This document shows, piece by piece, positions 35,210-47,401 of a stretch of DNA of 64,000 bases. The stretch is from Candidatus Latescibacterota bacterium (GTDB lineage Bacteria > Latescibacterota > UBA2968 > UBA8231). The stretch is from contig JAJEFJ010000104.1 in the NCBI GenBank assembly GCA_022820485.1, positions 52,968 to 116,967 on the forward strand, given 5' to 3'. The translations under genes were made by a program, and so were the position numbers. The notes below the pieces were generated by a model, which was given only the letters and a program-made list of their open reading frames with translations, ran no database searches and was not told the DNA's origin. Position 1 is the stretch's first letter. Each line of letters opens with the position of its first letter.

Positions 35210-36193
35210 CTATTCCATTGGGTATTTTAAGCCGATCTGGGCGCGGATTTCGTCGAGGATCCGCATCAGCGCCACAGTTTCGTCGAGCGACATGACCGCG
35301 CTCTCCGCCAGACCTTCGCCGAGACAGCGAGCGACTTCTTGCGCCTCGTAATTGTAGCCATTGCCCGCCAAGGGCAATTCAATGCGCTCCTCGCGGTCCC
35401 CAGCTTTGAGCGAGACACTTTCACCCTTCCACCACGACGGGTCAATGACAATCGTCCCCTCGCTGCCGACGATGCGGGCCTCGTGCGAGGTCGAAGCGCG
35501 AATAGCACAAGAGAGGTTGGCGATGGCACCGCCGCTATAGCGGAGCACGATGCCGGTTTGCTCGTCAACGCCAGTCTCGCCGAGGTGCGCGGCCGCAGCA
35601 ATCTGCGCTGGTTGCGAGCCAAGCACCATCGCCGCAAAGGAGACGACGTAGATACCGATGTCGAGCAAGGCACCGCCGCCCAAATCGAGGTTAAAAAGTC
35701 GGCCATCGGGATTGACGCCCGCACGGAAACCGAAGTCGGCGCTGACCATCAGCGGCTCGCCAATGGCCCCATCGTCGAGCCATTGGCGCACCTGCACCAT
35801 AATGGGCAAGTAGCGAGACCACATGGCCTCCATCAGAAAGACGCCATTGGCGCGGGCACAGGCGACTACGGCTTCGGCCTCGGCCGCGTTGATGGTAAAG
35901 GGCTTCTCGCAGAGCACGGCCTTGCCGGCTTCGAGACAGAGAATCGAATTGTCTTTGTGGAAAGGATGAGGGGTGGCCACGTACACCGCGTCGATATCGG
36001 GATCGGCGCAGAGGGCCTCGTACGAGGCGTGGCGGTTGGGGGCACCGTACTGGTCGGCAAAGGCGTCGGCGCGCTGTTGGTCGCGCGAACCAACGGCGAC
36101 TAACTCCCCTTCGGAAATGGCTTGGAGGCCGACGGCAAATTTGTGGGCAATGCTGCCCGGGCCGAGGATGCCCCAGCGGATGGGTGCGGTCAT
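35210..36193 (-). CDS. Gfo/Idh/MocA-family NAD(P)-dependent oxidoreductase
   Basis: The Rossmann motif is WGILGPGSIAHKF, with EKP (CEKPF) and the family C-terminal domain. 327 aa. Confidence 0.8.
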   Translation of the reverse strand: MTAPIRWGILGPGSIAHKFAVGLQAISEGELVAVGSRDQQRADAFADQYGAPNRHASYEALCADPDIDAVYVATPHPFHKDNSILCLEAGKAVLCEKPFTINAAEAEAVVACARANGVFLMEAMWSRYLPIMVQVRQWLDDGAIGEPLMVSADFGFRAGVNPDGRLFNLDLGGGALLDIGIYVVSFAAMVLGSQPAQIAAAAHLGETGVDEQTGIVLRYSGGAIANLSCAIRASTSHEARIVGSEGTIVIDPSWWKGESVSLKAGDREERIELPLAGNGYNYEAQEVARCLGEGLAESAVMSLDETVALMRILDEIRAQIGLKYPME

Positions 36194-36325
36194 GGATGCT
36201 CCTAAATTGGATTGATGTGAAAGGGTTATAGTTTGGCTGAGTGTAGAGTAGGCGTCAAGGATTGGCGGGTTGAGGCCCCCCTTATGGTTGCCCCAATGCT
36301 ACCCCTCGTTATCTTCTTACTTGTT

Positions 36326-36634
36326 ATGTACGATGTCCTGCTAACGTCCGAATTTACCGAATGGATGGACGCACTGGATCCTATGACGGCTGACCGGATT
36401 TCCAGTGTCCTCGACCGCATGGCAGAAGGCAATTGGGGAGACTACAAAGCTTTATCGGGTGTACGCGGCATTTTCGAGCGCCGCCTGATGGGGAAAGGAC
36501 CTGGCATTCGGTTGTATTTCTGTCGGCGAGGCAGTGATGCAGTGATGATATTAACCGCTGGCGACAAAGCCTCCCAACAGCGCGGAGACATCGCTAGAGC
36601 CCAGCGTCTCAGGGAACGCTACTTACAAAATTAG
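36326..36634 (+). CDS. Type II TA toxin, HigB/plasmid-killer (RelE superfamily, addiction-module killer TIGR02683-like)
   Basis: The start is at ATG 36326 (MYDVLLTSEF). The pattern is ...GNWGDYKALSGVRGIFERRL.GKGPGIRLYFCRRGSDAVMILTAGDKASQQRGDIARAQ. Confidence 0.65.
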   Translation: MYDVLLTSEFTEWMDALDPMTADRISSVLDRMAEGNWGDYKALSGVRGIFERRLMGKGPGIRLYFCRRGSDAVMILTAGDKASQQRGDIARAQRLRERYLQN

Positions 36635-36643
36635 GAGGGCATT

Positions 36644-36847
36644 ATGGCGCTCACCAAACACGATGACTACGCTCGCCTGCGAGCGAAGCGAGATCCAGAA
36701 TTCGCCCGACTGCTACGTCAAAGAGCGATTGAACTTTTGGACGGCGATGAAGAGGATCGCCGGATTGCCCGACGGATACTCCACAATCAACTTGAGATCG
36801 CCACTGACGAAATCGATGTACTGGAACGGGAGAAGGCGACCGCCTGA
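36644..36847 (+). CDS. Putative cognate antitoxin (small, no clear HTH)
   Basis: This 67-aa ORF begins 10 nt after the toxin stop. It is charged and helical, and is assigned by position only. Confidence 0.4.
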   Translation: MALTKHDDYARLRAKRDPEFARLLRQRAIELLDGDEEDRRIARRILHNQLEIATDEIDVLEREKATA

Positions 36848-36881
36848 TGAGGTAAGAGGGCCGTCGCCTCATGCTAGTAGG

Positions 36882-37382
36882 CTAAAAGTTACATGCCTCA
36901 CGCAATGGACGCATCGCCTCCGCAGCACCCTTTAGCTGGAAAGTAGCAGACACCACATGTCCGACCTGTGGAATGACTCTCACATATAGCTTTTGAGCAT
37001 CTGCTATAGTGCGCGCCCAAGAGACGCCGTAATAAGCAAAAATCGCCGTACCAGAGGTGGACACAATCCAACGATCCTCTACTGCAGGGCGCTGGTCAAA
37101 ACGAGCTAAGACAGGGACATCGTATCCCGGGCGTCCCAAAACCGAATCGTAATTAATGAACACATGCGTTTCGCCTTCCATACAACGAACCACAAGCGTC
37201 GGGTGAGTCAGGCCAACTTTGTTTTTCGCCAATAAGAACATAAATACATTTCGTGAGTCATCGAGCGGCGAGACTTTTTCCTCCACTTCCCAATCGCCTG
37301 TTTTGGAATCCAGCAAACGACTGCACCCACTGGAGGCGAAAAGCAGACTACTCATACAAATAGAGAGAATTAATTGTTTCAT
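36882..37382 (-). CDS. Hypothetical lipoprotein (lower GC)
   Basis: The signal peptide has lipobox LFASSGC. 166 aa with no recognisable domain. Confidence 0.4.
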   Translation of the reverse strand: MKQLILSICMSSLLFASSGCSRLLDSKTGDWEVEEKVSPLDDSRNVFMFLLAKNKVGLTHPTLVVRCMEGETHVFINYDSVLGRPGYDVPVLARFDQRPAVEDRWIVSTSGTAIFAYYGVSWARTIADAQKLYVRVIPQVGHVVSATFQLKGAAEAMRPLREACNF

Positions 37383-37403
37383 GCTGCGGATCGCCTTTTA
37401 TAG

Positions 37404-40400
37404 TCAGCTTGCATCGGCAAAATCGCGAGCGTTCTGAAATAGCTTGAGCCAAGGGCCTTCTTCGCCCGTCCACTCCGCCGGACGCCAAGAAAGCTGAACA
37501 TTGCGGAAGACGCGCTCGGGGTGCGGCATCATAATGGTGGCGCGGCCATCGGCGCTGGTCAGAGCCGTCAACCCGCCGGGCGAACCGTTCGGGTTGAACG
37601 GATACCGTTCGGAAGGCTGACCGCAATTATCCACGTAGCGCAGACAAAGCTGATTTTGCGTCTGCACCCGTTCCATTGCCCGTTCGTCGCCAAAATGAAC
37701 GCGGCCCTCGCCGTGCGCCACCGCAATGGGCAGACGCGGCCCCTCCATGCCGCGCAAGAGTACCGAGCGGCTCTCCAGCACCTCTACGGTGGCGAGCCGC
37801 GCCTCAAACTGCTCGGAGCGGTTGCGCACAAATTGCGGCCAGTTGGCAGCGCCTGGGATCAGCTCCTTGAGGTGCGACAGCATCTGGCAGCCATTGCACA
37901 CCCCGAGGGAAAAGGTATCCGGCCGCTCGAAGAAGGCGGCGAATTGGTCGCGCAGGCGGTCGTGGAAGAGAATGGAACGCGCCCAGCCAGCCCCAGCCCC
38001 GAGCACGTCGCCGTAGCTAAAGCCGCCGCAGGCAGCCAGCCCGTGAAACGAACTCAACTCGACGCGGCCTTCTAACAGATCGGTCATGGTCACGTCAACC
38101 GCCTCGCAGGCGGCTGCGTCAAAGGCTGCGGCCATTTCCACTTGGCCGTTGATGCCTTGTTCACGCAGTATTGCCACGCGGGGCCGCGCCTTCCCTCCTA
38201 TAGTCGGAGCGGCTTCGTGCGCCAAGTGAAAGTTCAGGCCCGGATCTTGGCCGTCGGCAAGGGCCTCGTACTCCTCGCGGGCGCAGTCCGGATCGTCTCG
38301 GTGAGCCTGCATCCGATACGTCAACTCAGCCCACGCCGCGTGGAGATCGAGCAGTGGAGCGTCATAGATGATATTGGCACCGATACGAACGCGCAGATGC
38401 AAGTCGTCAACAGGCTGGCCCACGCTATGCACCAAGTTGGCGATGCCCTGATCCGCAAAGACCTTGTACACGGCTTCTTCATCCTCGGCGCGATATTGGA
38501 TCACAGCGCCCACTTCCTCGCAAAAGAGCGCGGCGAGCGGGTCGCGGCCCAGCGCGGCAATTTCTAACTCCACGCCGCAGCGGCCAGCAAATGCCATCTC
38601 CGCCACCGCAGTGAAAAGCCCTCCGTCGGACCGGTCGTGGTACGCGAGCACGAGTTCTTGGTCGAGCAAAGTCTGTACGGCCTCGTACAAGCCGCGCACA
38701 TCGCCTGCATCCACGTCCGGAGTCCCACTGCCGATTTGGTTGTACGCTTGGGCAAGACAGGAGCCGCCGAGGCGGTTTTGCCCGCGACCCAAATCCACGA
38801 GCAGCAATCGGGTGTCGCCGCTCTTTAGGTCGGGTGTGGCGTGGCGGCGTACATCGTCCACCGGCGCGAAGGCCGAGACGACCAAACTCAACGGTGCGAC
38901 CACCTTGTGCGCCGCGCCCTCGGCATCTTCCCACACCGCCCGCATGGACAGCGAGTCTTTCCCCACCGGAATCGACACCCCCAGCGCCGGGCAAAACTCC
39001 AACCCCACTGAGCGCACGGTGTCGTACAGAGCCGCATCTTCGCCCTCCTCGCCGCAGGCACACATCCAGTTACCCGACAGCTTGATGCGGTGAATCGGTC
39101 CAATGTGCGCCGCGGCAATGTTGGTGACGGCCTCGGCAATGGCCATTCGCCCGGACGCTGGCGCATCCATCAAGGCGAGGGGCGTGCGCTCGCCCATTGC
39201 CATTGCCGACCCGGTGTATCCCTGAAAGGAGTGACAAGTCAGAGCCAAATCCGCGACTGGCACCTGATAGGGACCAACCATCTGATCGCGGGCCACCAAG
39301 CCAGTAACCGTGCGGTCGGCAATAGTGATGAGGAAGGTCTTGGCCGCTACAGCCGGGAAGCGGAGTACGCGCTCAGCGGCCTCAGCTATCGAAGGCTCCC
39401 CTAAGTCGAGAGATTGCTGAACAGGCTGGCTGCGCGTCGCCCGGCGCAGCATCTTGGGCGGCTTGCCCAAAATTACCGCTAGGTCGAGGTCGTCGATGGG
39501 CTTGCCGCCGAGCAGAGAGTCGTCGAGCGACAGCGTGCCATCGCCAGTAATCTCGCCGATGACCGCAAACAGGCAGCGCTCGCGCGCGGCTAACTCGGCA
39601 AAGCGATCCAAATCGGCGCGGCCCACTACCAGCACGTAGCGCTCTTGTGCCTCATTGCTCCAAATCTGCATCGGACTCATGCCCGGATCGTCGTTGTGGA
39701 TGGCCCGCAAGTCAAAGCGCGCGCCCACGTCTGCCACCAATTCCGGGCAAGCGTTGGACAAACCACCGGCCCCCACGTCGTGAATGCTGATGATGGGATT
39801 TTCCGCACCAAGCGAGATGCAGCGGCTGATTAGCTCTTGGCAACGGCGCTGCATCTCCGGGTTGTCGCGCTGCACCGAAGCAAAATCGAGATCCTCGCTG
39901 TTGGCACCCGTGTCCATGCTAGAAGCCGCGCCCCCGCCGAGGCCGATGAGCATGGCCGGCCCTCCAAGCTGAATAACGCAATCGCCCGCAGCCGGAGTTT
40001 TCTTCTCCACATGCTCAGCGTCGATGAGGCCGACGCCACCAGCGACCATGATCGGTTTGTGATAGCCGCGCCACACCCCAGTGCTGTCATCTTCCAAGGT
40101 GCGAAACATCCCCAAGATGTTAGGTCGGCCGAATTCATTGCCAAAAGCCGCGCCGCCGATCGGCCCTTCGGTCATAATGGCGAGCGGGGTAGCCAAGCGG
40201 TCTGGGAAAGCAGCGCGCTCTTTTTCCCACGGCTGGGCAAATCCTGGCACGCGCAGATGCGAGGTGAAAAACGCGCACAGGCCCGCCTGTGACCACCCGC
40301 CGGTGCCAGCCGCTCCTTCGTCGCGGATCTCTCCCCCGACTCCCGTAGAAGCTCCGGGATAGGGCGCGATGGCGGTGGGATGGTTGTGGGTCTCGACCTT

Positions 40401-41261
40401 GATCAAGACGTGGGTCTGCCGCTGGCGGTATTCATAGCGAAAATCTTCGTCTGGACCAAAGACCGGCACATCAAATCCCTCAATCACGCCGGCGTTGTCG
40501 GAATATGCCTTAACCGTGCCTTCGGGATGGGCCGCGTGTGTGTGGCGAATCATATCGAAGAGCGACCGCGCCTCGTGCTGGCCGTCTATGATCCAGTCAG
40601 CATTGAAAATTTTGTGGCGGCAGTGCTCGGAATTGACCACCGCAAACATCATCAACTCCACGTCGGTCGGGTCGCGCCCCGCAAAGGCGTGCAGTGCGTA
40701 GTCAATCTCCTCGTCCGAAAGGGCCAAGCCCATCTCGCGATTGGCATCCACGAGCGCACACCGCCCCTCGGCCCGCACCGGGATGTGGACTAGTGGTTTG
40801 GGATCCACGCGGCGAAAGAGGGTCTCTAAGGAGTCGAGCGGGGCCTCGATCATGCGGTCGTAGAGCAGCGGCAAGACGACTCGACTGAGCTCGCCGAAGT
40901 CCGCACTGGGCACGGTGTCGGCGGCAAAGGCATACAGCGTGCCGCGCTCGACGCGACGCACGAATTCGAGGCCACAGTTTTTGAGGATGTCGGTGGCTTT
41001 GCTCGACCACGGAGACGTCGTGCCCGGCCGCGGGCCAATAGTCACCTCATTGTGCGCCCGCGTCGGCAGGGTAGCGTCCACGTCGAGAATGCGCATGAGC
41101 CGCGCCATCTCATCGTCAGCTAAGGCGCGTGTGCATTGCACGGCATAGAAGTACGTGGCACTCAGATCTTCAACTTTGGGCGCGCAACGCTGGCAGCGCG
41201 CTAGCAGCGACCGGCGGCGAAGAGACGACAGAGCCGGGGGGCCGACAAAGGCGAGTAGCAT
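37404..41261 (-). CDS. purL: Phosphoribosylformylglycinamidine synthase, single-chain large form
   Basis: 1285 aa. The N-terminus [20 protein letters not shown]...YFYAV parallels E. coli PurL (GSPALSAFRINKLLARFQ). The C-terminal glutaminase domain has the catalytic Cys (GVCNGCQML). Confidence 0.9.
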   Translation of the reverse strand: MLLAFVGPPALSSLRRRSLLARCQRCAPKVEDLSATYFYAVQCTRALADDEMARLMRILDVDATLPTRAHNEVTIGPRPGTTSPWSSKATDILKNCGLEFVRRVERGTLYAFAADTVPSADFGELSRVVLPLLYDRMIEAPLDSLETLFRRVDPKPLVHIPVRAEGRCALVDANREMGLALSDEEIDYALHAFAGRDPTDVELMMFAVVNSEHCRHKIFNADWIIDGQHEARSLFDMIRHTHAAHPEGTVKAYSDNAGVIEGFDVPVFGPDEDFRYEYRQRQTHVLIKVETHNHPTAIAPYPGASTGVGGEIRDEGAAGTGGWSQAGLCAFFTSHLRVPGFAQPWEKERAAFPDRLATPLAIMTEGPIGGAAFGNEFGRPNILGMFRTLEDDSTGVWRGYHKPIMVAGGVGLIDAEHVEKKTPAAGDCVIQLGGPAMLIGLGGGAASSMDTGANSEDLDFASVQRDNPEMQRRCQELISRCISLGAENPIISIHDVGAGGLSNACPELVADVGARFDLRAIHNDDPGMSPMQIWSNEAQERYVLVVGRADLDRFAELAARERCLFAVIGEITGDGTLSLDDSLLGGKPIDDLDLAVILGKPPKMLRRATRSQPVQQSLDLGEPSIAEAAERVLRFPAVAAKTFLITIADRTVTGLVARDQMVGPYQVPVADLALTCHSFQGYTGSAMAMGERTPLALMDAPASGRMAIAEAVTNIAAAHIGPIHRIKLSGNWMCACGEEGEDAALYDTVRSVGLEFCPALGVSIPVGKDSLSMRAVWEDAEGAAHKVVAPLSLVVSAFAPVDDVRRHATPDLKSGDTRLLLVDLGRGQNRLGGSCLAQAYNQIGSGTPDVDAGDVRGLYEAVQTLLDQELVLAYHDRSDGGLFTAVAEMAFAGRCGVELEIAALGRDPLAALFCEEVGAVIQYRAEDEEAVYKVFADQGIANLVHSVGQPVDDLHLRVRIGANIIYDAPLLDLHAAWAELTYRMQAHRDDPDCAREEYEALADGQDPGLNFHLAHEAAPTIGGKARPRVAILREQGINGQVEMAAAFDAAACEAVDVTMTDLLEGRVELSSFHGLAACGGFSYGDVLGAGAGWARSILFHDRLRDQFAAFFERPDTFSLGVCNGCQMLSHLKELIPGAANWPQFVRNRSEQFEARLATVEVLESRSVLLRGMEGPRLPIAVAHGEGRVHFGDERAMERVQTQNQLCLRYVDNCGQPSERYPFNPNGSPGGLTALTSADGRATIMMPHPERVFRNVQLSWRPAEWTGEEGPWLKLFQNARDFADAS

Positions 41262-41409
41262 GGGATACTTTCTAACGGGAAGAGGTTACATGAAAATGTA
41301 GGTACTGCCGTGAAAACTCTCAAGGATTGCGGCAGCTCGACGAGCTTATTTTTGCACCTGTGTATATAATGTCTATTTTCAGAATCAGCCCATGGAACTG
41401 GAGGCTCCT

Positions 41410-44211
41410 ATGTCATTTGCTACGCACAGTGAAAACGCCGAGTACATTGAAGCTCTCTACGAGCAGTACCAGCGCGATCCCAACTCGGTCCCAGAAGAGT
41501 GGCAGCACTTCTTCCGCGGCTTTGAATTCGGCTTCGCGCGCTCGGCACCCGCCAGCGAACCAGACCCAGACCAAACAGCCTTGCAGTCCATAGAAGAAGC
41601 CACTGAGGGCCTTTTGGTCCTCGAAGGCGTCCAAGCTCTCGTGCAGGCCTATCGGCAAATGGGCCACTTCGTCGCCCGGCTCGACCCGCTGGGGTACAAC
41701 CGTCGGACCCTGCCGCTGTTGGATCTAGTGGAATTCGGCCTCGCCGAAGAAGACCTCGAAAAGACCGTGGGCAACGGCAGCTTCCTCGGGCGCACGGACG
41801 GGACGTTAACGGGTCTGTTGAGCAAGCTGAAAACCACGTATTCCCGCTCCATTGGCGTCGAATACATGGACATCCCAGACAAGGAGCAGCGCGACTGGCT
41901 GCAAGAGCGGATCGAGCCTTGCCTCAACAACCCCAATTTGTCCGAAGACGAGACGCGGCGGGTGCTCGCGCGCCTGATCGCCGCCGAGGAGTTTGAGCAG
42001 TTTTTGCACACGCGCTACATCGGGCAAAAGCGCTTCTCGCTCGAAGGGGCCGAGTCCATGGTGCCGCTCCTAGACGAGTTGGTTAGTACCGGCTCCCAGC
42101 TCGGCGTCGAAGAGGTGGTCATCGGCATGGCCCACCGCGGTCGGCTCAACGTACTGGCTCACCTTTTGCACAAGCCCTACGAGGAAATCCTCGCCGAGTT
42201 CGAGGGCGCTGATCGCACCGACCGCGACGACGACGAGGGCGACGTCAAATATCACAAAGGCTATTCCCATGACCACGTCACCGAGGAGGGACGCAAGGTC
42301 CATCTCTCGCTCAGTTTTAATCCCAGCCACCTAGAGCTAGTTGATCCGGTCATCGAGGGCATCGTCTATGCCAAGCAGGCCTACTTGCACGATGCGGAAG
42401 GAGAGCGGGTGGTCCCGGTGCTCATCCACGGAGAGGCCGCTTTTACCGGCCAAGGGATCGTCTCGGAAACCCTCAATCTCTCCGAACTGCCCGGCTACCG
42501 CACTGGCGGCTCCGTCCACATCATCATCAACAACCAGCTCGGCTACACCGCCCAAGCTGACGAGACGCGCTTTACCCCCTATCCGACCGACATAGCTAAG
42601 GAGATTCAGGCACCGGTCTTTCACGTCAACGCCGACGATCCCGAAGCCGTAATGCAAGCGGCGCGGGTGGCGATGGAGTTTAGGCACCGTTTCAAAGTGG
42701 ATGTGTTTATCGATTTGTGGTGTTATCGCCGCCACGGCCACAACGAGGCCGACGACCCGACCCTGACCCAGCCGCTGATGTACAAGAAAATCGCCGAACA
42801 TCCGACGATCCTCCATCTCTATTCCTTCCAACTCATTGCCCAAAATAAAATTTCCCAAGAGGAAGCCGACGATATTCGCGCGCGGATTCGCACCCGGCTC
42901 GAAGAAGCCCAGCAAATCGCCCGCCGCCTGCAAGTCCAGCCCCAAATTTCGTCCTTCGGGGGCGTCTGGCAGGGCCTGACTTGGGCACCCGATGACTGGA
43001 GCGCCCACACGGCCGTCGATGCCAAAATCCTGCAGCGGATCGTCGAGCGGGCGACCCAAATCCCCGAGGGCTTCTCGCTGCACCGCACAATCCAACGAAT
43101 GGTCGAAGCGCGCCGCGCCATGGCCGCTGGCCAAGCACCCATCGACTGGGGCTGCAGCGAGGTGATGGCCTTCGGCTCGTTGCTGCGGGAGGGCGTGGCA
43201 GTGCGCCTGACTGGCCAAGATACCCAGCGCGGCACCTTTGCCCACCGCCACGCCGTCTGGCACGACACCGAAACGGGCGCAGAGCACGTCCCCTTGCAGT
43301 GCTTGGAGCGCGATCAGGCCGACTTCGTCGTGATCAACACCATGCTATCGGAGCTAGCAGTACTCGGCTTTGAGTACGGAATCAGCTCGGCGGACCCGAG
43401 GCGCTTGGTCTTGTGGGAGGCCCAATTCGGCGATTTCGTCAATGGCGCGCAAATGATCATCGACCAATTCCTCTCCAGTGGCGAAGCCAAGTGGCAGCGA
43501 ATGAGTGGCTTGGTGCTGCTGTTGCCACACGGGTACGAGGGCATGGGGCCAGAGCACTCGAGTGCGCGGCTGGAGCGCTTCTTGCAACTGTGCGCCAAAA
43601 ACAACATGCAAGTGGCTTATCCAACCACGCCGGCGCAACTTTTTCACATCTTGCGCCGGCAGATCCACCGCAACTTCCGCAAGCCACTGGTGCTGATGAC
43701 CCCCAAGAGCCTCCTGCGGCACAAGCAATGCGTCTCAGAGCTAGCAGAGTTTTCCACTGGAACGTTCCAGCGGGTCATCGACGACGCACACGTCGCCGAT
43801 CCAGCCACCGTCAGCCGGGTGGTGCTCTGCACCGGCAAGATCTACTACGACTTGGTTGCTGCCCGCGGCGAGCAAAATGGCGGCGACGAGGTGGCGCTGC
43901 TGCGCGTCGAGGAACTCTATCCGTTCCCGGCTGCTGAACTCCAAGCCGCGTTCGAGCGCTATCCCGCGGCCGAGCAGTTCTACTGGGTGCAGGAAGAATC
44001 GCAGAACATGGGCGCTTGGTCCTTTGTCCAGCCCCTCTTAGACGAACTACTGCCCGCGCACTGCAAGCTGAACTACGTGGGCCGCGACGAAGCGGCCAGC
44101 CCGGCCACTGGCTCCGGGCACCTTCACGAAACCGAGCAACGGGAAATCGTCGAGCAGGCACTAGGCCAAGGCCGTGAAATGGTGCTGCATCAGCGGCGGC
44201 AATCTGGTTAG
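41410..44211 (+). CDS. sucA: 2-oxoglutarate dehydrogenase E1 component
   Basis: It carries ~930 aa of E1o landmarks (N-terminal [16 protein letters not shown], ThDP-binding region, [10 protein letters not shown]-terminal transketolase-like domain). The start is ATG 41410 (MSFATHS), or 41392. Confidence 0.9.
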   Translation: MSFATHSENAEYIEALYEQYQRDPNSVPEEWQHFFRGFEFGFARSAPASEPDPDQTALQSIEEATEGLLVLEGVQALVQAYRQMGHFVARLDPLGYNRRTLPLLDLVEFGLAEEDLEKTVGNGSFLGRTDGTLTGLLSKLKTTYSRSIGVEYMDIPDKEQRDWLQERIEPCLNNPNLSEDETRRVLARLIAAEEFEQFLHTRYIGQKRFSLEGAESMVPLLDELVSTGSQLGVEEVVIGMAHRGRLNVLAHLLHKPYEEILAEFEGADRTDRDDDEGDVKYHKGYSHDHVTEEGRKVHLSLSFNPSHLELVDPVIEGIVYAKQAYLHDAEGERVVPVLIHGEAAFTGQGIVSETLNLSELPGYRTGGSVHIIINNQLGYTAQADETRFTPYPTDIAKEIQAPVFHVNADDPEAVMQAARVAMEFRHRFKVDVFIDLWCYRRHGHNEADDPTLTQPLMYKKIAEHPTILHLYSFQLIAQNKISQEEADDIRARIRTRLEEAQQIARRLQVQPQISSFGGVWQGLTWAPDDWSAHTAVDAKILQRIVERATQIPEGFSLHRTIQRMVEARRAMAAGQAPIDWGCSEVMAFGSLLREGVAVRLTGQDTQRGTFAHRHAVWHDTETGAEHVPLQCLERDQADFVVINTMLSELAVLGFEYGISSADPRRLVLWEAQFGDFVNGAQMIIDQFLSSGEAKWQRMSGLVLLLPHGYEGMGPEHSSARLERFLQLCAKNNMQVAYPTTPAQLFHILRRQIHRNFRKPLVLMTPKSLLRHKQCVSELAEFSTGTFQRVIDDAHVADPATVSRVVLCTGKIYYDLVAARGEQNGGDEVALLRVEELYPFPAAELQAAFERYPAAEQFYWVQEESQNMGAWSFVQPLLDELLPAHCKLNYVGRDEAASPATGSGHLHETEQREIVEQALGQGREMVLHQRRQSG

Positions 44212-44221
44212 GAGCATTTGT

Positions 44222-45481
44222 ATGTCAGTACAAGTCGAAATACCGAGCATGGGCGAATCCGTCAGCGAGGTCATTCTCCTCGAATGGCTCAAGAGCAACG
44301 GCGAGCGCGTCGAGCAGGACGAGCCGCTCTGCGTGTTAGAAACCGACAAGGCCAATGTCGAACTGCCGTCCCCAGCCAGCGGCGCTCTCAAACACCTACA
44401 ATCCACCGACACCACGCTAGCCATAGGAGCGATAATCGCGGAGATAGATGAATCAGCACAAGCTGCCGCTCCGGCCCCGGCGTCCAAACCCGAACCCGCT
44501 GCGCCCAAACCCGAATCCACCCTAAGCCCAGCCGTGCGCCGTTTAGTTGAAGAACACGAGTTGGATCCAACTGCCATTGAGGGTACGGGCAAGGACGGGC
44601 GGCTGACAAAAAAGGACGTGCTCGCCCACCTAGAGACGCTATCCGCGCCCGAACCCGCTCAACCGCCGCCTGCACCTGCACCTGCTCAACCACCGCCTGT
44701 ACCCAAACCCGCTCCGCCGCCTGAGCCTGAATCCACTCCTGCGCCCGAACCGGCTCAATCGTCTCCTGCGCCCGCTAGTCCCGGCCTCACCCGTCGCGAG
44801 CCAATGAGTCGGCTCCGCCAGCGCATTGCCGAACACTTGGTCGCCGCCCAGCACAACGCGGCCATGCTGACGACTTTCAACGAAATCGACATGAGCGGAG
44901 TTATGCAGCTTCGGGCCAAGTACAAGGAGCGCTTTGCCCAAGTCCACGGCTCATCGCTGGGGCTGATGTCGTTCTTTTCGCGAGCTGCCGTCCTCGCGCT
45001 CAGCGAGTTTCCGGCGATCAACGCGCAGATCGACGACACGCACATTGTGTATCACGACTTCGTCAATCTGGGGATCGCCGTGAGCACGGAGCGCGGTCTA
45101 GTCGTGCCTGTCTTGCACCGCGCCGATCAAATGTCCATCGCCCAGCTCGAAAGCAACATCAAGCGCCTCGCACTAAGCGCTCGCGACAACAAGCTGGCCA
45201 TGGACGAACTAAGCGGCGGCACCTTTACCATCACCAACGGCGGAGTCTTCGGCTCGCTGCTTTCCACGCCGATTCTAAACGCACCACAAAGTGGAATTCT
45301 GGGAATGCACGCGATCCAAGAGCGGCCCGTAGCTGTCGAAGGTCAAATGGTGATTAGGCCGATGATGTACGTAGCGCTGTCCTACGATCATCGGCTCGTC
45401 GATGGCCAGCAATCGGTCTCGTTTTTGGTGCGGTTGAAAGAGCTTGTCGAGGACCCAGCGCGGCTGCTGTTAGAGGTCTAG
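44222..45481 (+). CDS. sucB: Dihydrolipoyllysine-residue succinyltransferase (E2o)
   Basis: The lipoyl domain is [46 protein letters not shown] Pro/Ala-rich linker, a PSBD and the catalytic domain (SYDHRLVDG) follow. The start is ATG 44222. Confidence 0.9.
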   Translation: MSVQVEIPSMGESVSEVILLEWLKSNGERVEQDEPLCVLETDKANVELPSPASGALKHLQSTDTTLAIGAIIAEIDESAQAAAPAPASKPEPAAPKPESTLSPAVRRLVEEHELDPTAIEGTGKDGRLTKKDVLAHLETLSAPEPAQPPPAPAPAQPPPVPKPAPPPEPESTPAPEPAQSSPAPASPGLTRREPMSRLRQRIAEHLVAAQHNAAMLTTFNEIDMSGVMQLRAKYKERFAQVHGSSLGLMSFFSRAAVLALSEFPAINAQIDDTHIVYHDFVNLGIAVSTERGLVVPVLHRADQMSIAQLESNIKRLALSARDNKLAMDELSGGTFTITNGGVFGSLLSTPILNAPQSGILGMHAIQERPVAVEGQMVIRPMMYVALSYDHRLVDGQQSVSFLVRLKELVEDPARLLLEV

Positions 45482-45517
45482 TGGAAGGCTATCGCTGGTC
45501 ATAGTGGAGAAACACCA

Positions 45518-46471
45518 ATGCCCAAAAAAGTTAAAAAACGCAATCAAGAGAATCCGCTTAAGTTCGAGTTTTCTATGGTTGGCAAACAGCTAGCGACAAA
45601 AAATGAGTCGAAATTTTGTGAGATATATAGGCATCCTCACGGTTCTCTTTTTCAGGGGGATTCCATCGAGTGGCTCAAGAGCTTGGACACGGAAAGCGTA
45701 GATCTTATCTTTGCCGATCCCCCTTATAATATCAACAAAGCCGAATGGGATAGATTTGAGAACCAAGAACAGTACATTGAATGGTCAATGCAATGGATTA
45801 GAGAAGCACATCGCGTTCTAAAGAAAACAGGGACGATGTATCTCTGTGGATTCTCTGAGATACTTGCCGATATAAAGCAGCCGTCTATGAAGTGTTTTAG
45901 ATCGTGCAAGTGGCTGGTGTGGTACTATAAAAACAAAGCCAATATGGGAAGTGACTGGGGAAGGTCGCATGAGAGCATTCTTCACTTGCGTAAATCCAAG
46001 AAACAGACATTTAATATCGATGACATTAGAATCCCCTATGGCAATCATACGCTAAAGTACCCATCTCATCCACAAGCAGAGTCAAGTCAGTACGGAAACG
46101 GAGCGAATCAAAAAAATGTTTGGACGCCGCATCCGGGAGGGGCAAAGCCACGAGATGTTATAGAAGTGCCGACCACGTGTAATGGAATGAATGAAAAAAC
46201 ACCTCATCCTACACAAAAACCAGAAGAACTCGTTCGGAAGTTTGTCCTAGCCTCGTCAAAAGAAGGCGATCTTGTTATTGATCCGTTCTCAGGATCGGGG
46301 ACAACGTTAGTCGTTTCTGAACAACTCGCACGAAGATGGGCTGGTTGTGAAATCAATCCCGAATACAATAAATGGGCGATAGACAGGATAGAAAATGTGA
46401 TTCGCAGATCAAAAGATGGATGGATCGCACTTGATAAAGAAAATGAAAAAAGAAGGAGTTCAATCCGTTGA
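45518..46471 (+). CDS. Beta-class DNA methyltransferase (N6-adenine or N4-cytosine), low GC
   Basis: Motif IV comes first (LIFADPPYNI) and motif I later (VIDPFSGSGTTL), which is the beta-class order. GC is ~38-40%. The downstream gene overlaps as ATGA. Confidence 0.75.
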   Translation: MPKKVKKRNQENPLKFEFSMVGKQLATKNESKFCEIYRHPHGSLFQGDSIEWLKSLDTESVDLIFADPPYNINKAEWDRFENQEQYIEWSMQWIREAHRVLKKTGTMYLCGFSEILADIKQPSMKCFRSCKWLVWYYKNKANMGSDWGRSHESILHLRKSKKQTFNIDDIRIPYGNHTLKYPSHPQAESSQYGNGANQKNVWTPHPGGAKPRDVIEVPTTCNGMNEKTPHPTQKPEELVRKFVLASSKEGDLVIDPFSGSGTTLVVSEQLARRWAGCEINPEYNKWAIDRIENVIRRSKDGWIALDKENEKRRSSIR

Positions 46472-47367
46472 ACTTGGAAAGACTGGTAAGTATCGCCTGC
46501 GATAAAGACTATTTTCGCGACATTGATAGGTACTGCGACTTTGCAAAGGCGTATCTTGAATTCATCAAAGACAATCTACAAGCTGTAATTGTATCGAGAA
46601 ATGAGAACAATTATCAATTTTTTCAATACAAAGATGATGGGACATACAATGTAACAAGACCAATTAACTCCAAATTGATGTATTCATTAGAAGATATGGA
46701 GGCTGCTATTGACCCTTTTAAAGAAATTCTTTTGGATATTCAAGGCGAGGATGATAGTACTGATAATTCGTCTAACCGAGAGATCATTAATAGAAGCATT
46801 TATACAGCGCAACAATGTATTGGAGCTACTCTTGATGCCTTGCCTGCTAATAAGTCAAATACGGCAAGAAAGATAAATGGCGATCTGTTTGAAAGATTCA
46901 TACGTCTCATTATAGGCAAAGTAGGAGTTTATGTCACGCAAGGGACAGTGCAAGTTCCGGTGAAAATAGATGGAAAAGTCGAATTTACTATGAATTATCA
47001 GCACGATCTTATTGTGAAAGAACTTGAAGAAGTACGTGCGATAGGGTCTGTAAAAACATCGAGCAAGGACCGTCTAGCTAAAATATTTGTCGATAAATTC
47101 CTATATAATCGCTTGACAGATAGAGACACACCCCATTTCGCTATTTTTCTAAACGATGTGCAAAGAAAAGGCAGGGACGGCAACTACGGTATCAATACAA
47201 CTTTTCTTTCAGGGCACTTTAAGGGCTATACAGTTAAACTAAATCCATTAGATGGAGTATATTATTTTGACATACGTCCTGACATGCAGATAAAGGATAT
47301 TTTGAAGGATCACATAAAAACCTTCGACCATTTTCTATTTGGCGATATTTGGAAGCTCGTCAGGTAA
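46468..47367 (+). CDS. Putative type II restriction endonuclease (partner of the upstream methyltransferase); no recognisable family
   Basis: It is translationally coupled to the methyltransferase and has the same low GC. 299 aa with no motif match, so it is assigned by context. Confidence 0.4.
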   Translation: MNLERLVSIACDKDYFRDIDRYCDFAKAYLEFIKDNLQAVIVSRNENNYQFFQYKDDGTYNVTRPINSKLMYSLEDMEAAIDPFKEILLDIQGEDDSTDNSSNREIINRSIYTAQQCIGATLDALPANKSNTARKINGDLFERFIRLIIGKVGVYVTQGTVQVPVKIDGKVEFTMNYQHDLIVKELEEVRAIGSVKTSSKDRLAKIFVDKFLYNRLTDRDTPHFAIFLNDVQRKGRDGNYGINTTFLSGHFKGYTVKLNPLDGVYYFDIRPDMQIKDILKDHIKTFDHFLFGDIWKLVR

Positions 47368-47401
47368 CTGTCTGATAAGGAGCCAGCAGACGTTCTAACG
47401 T

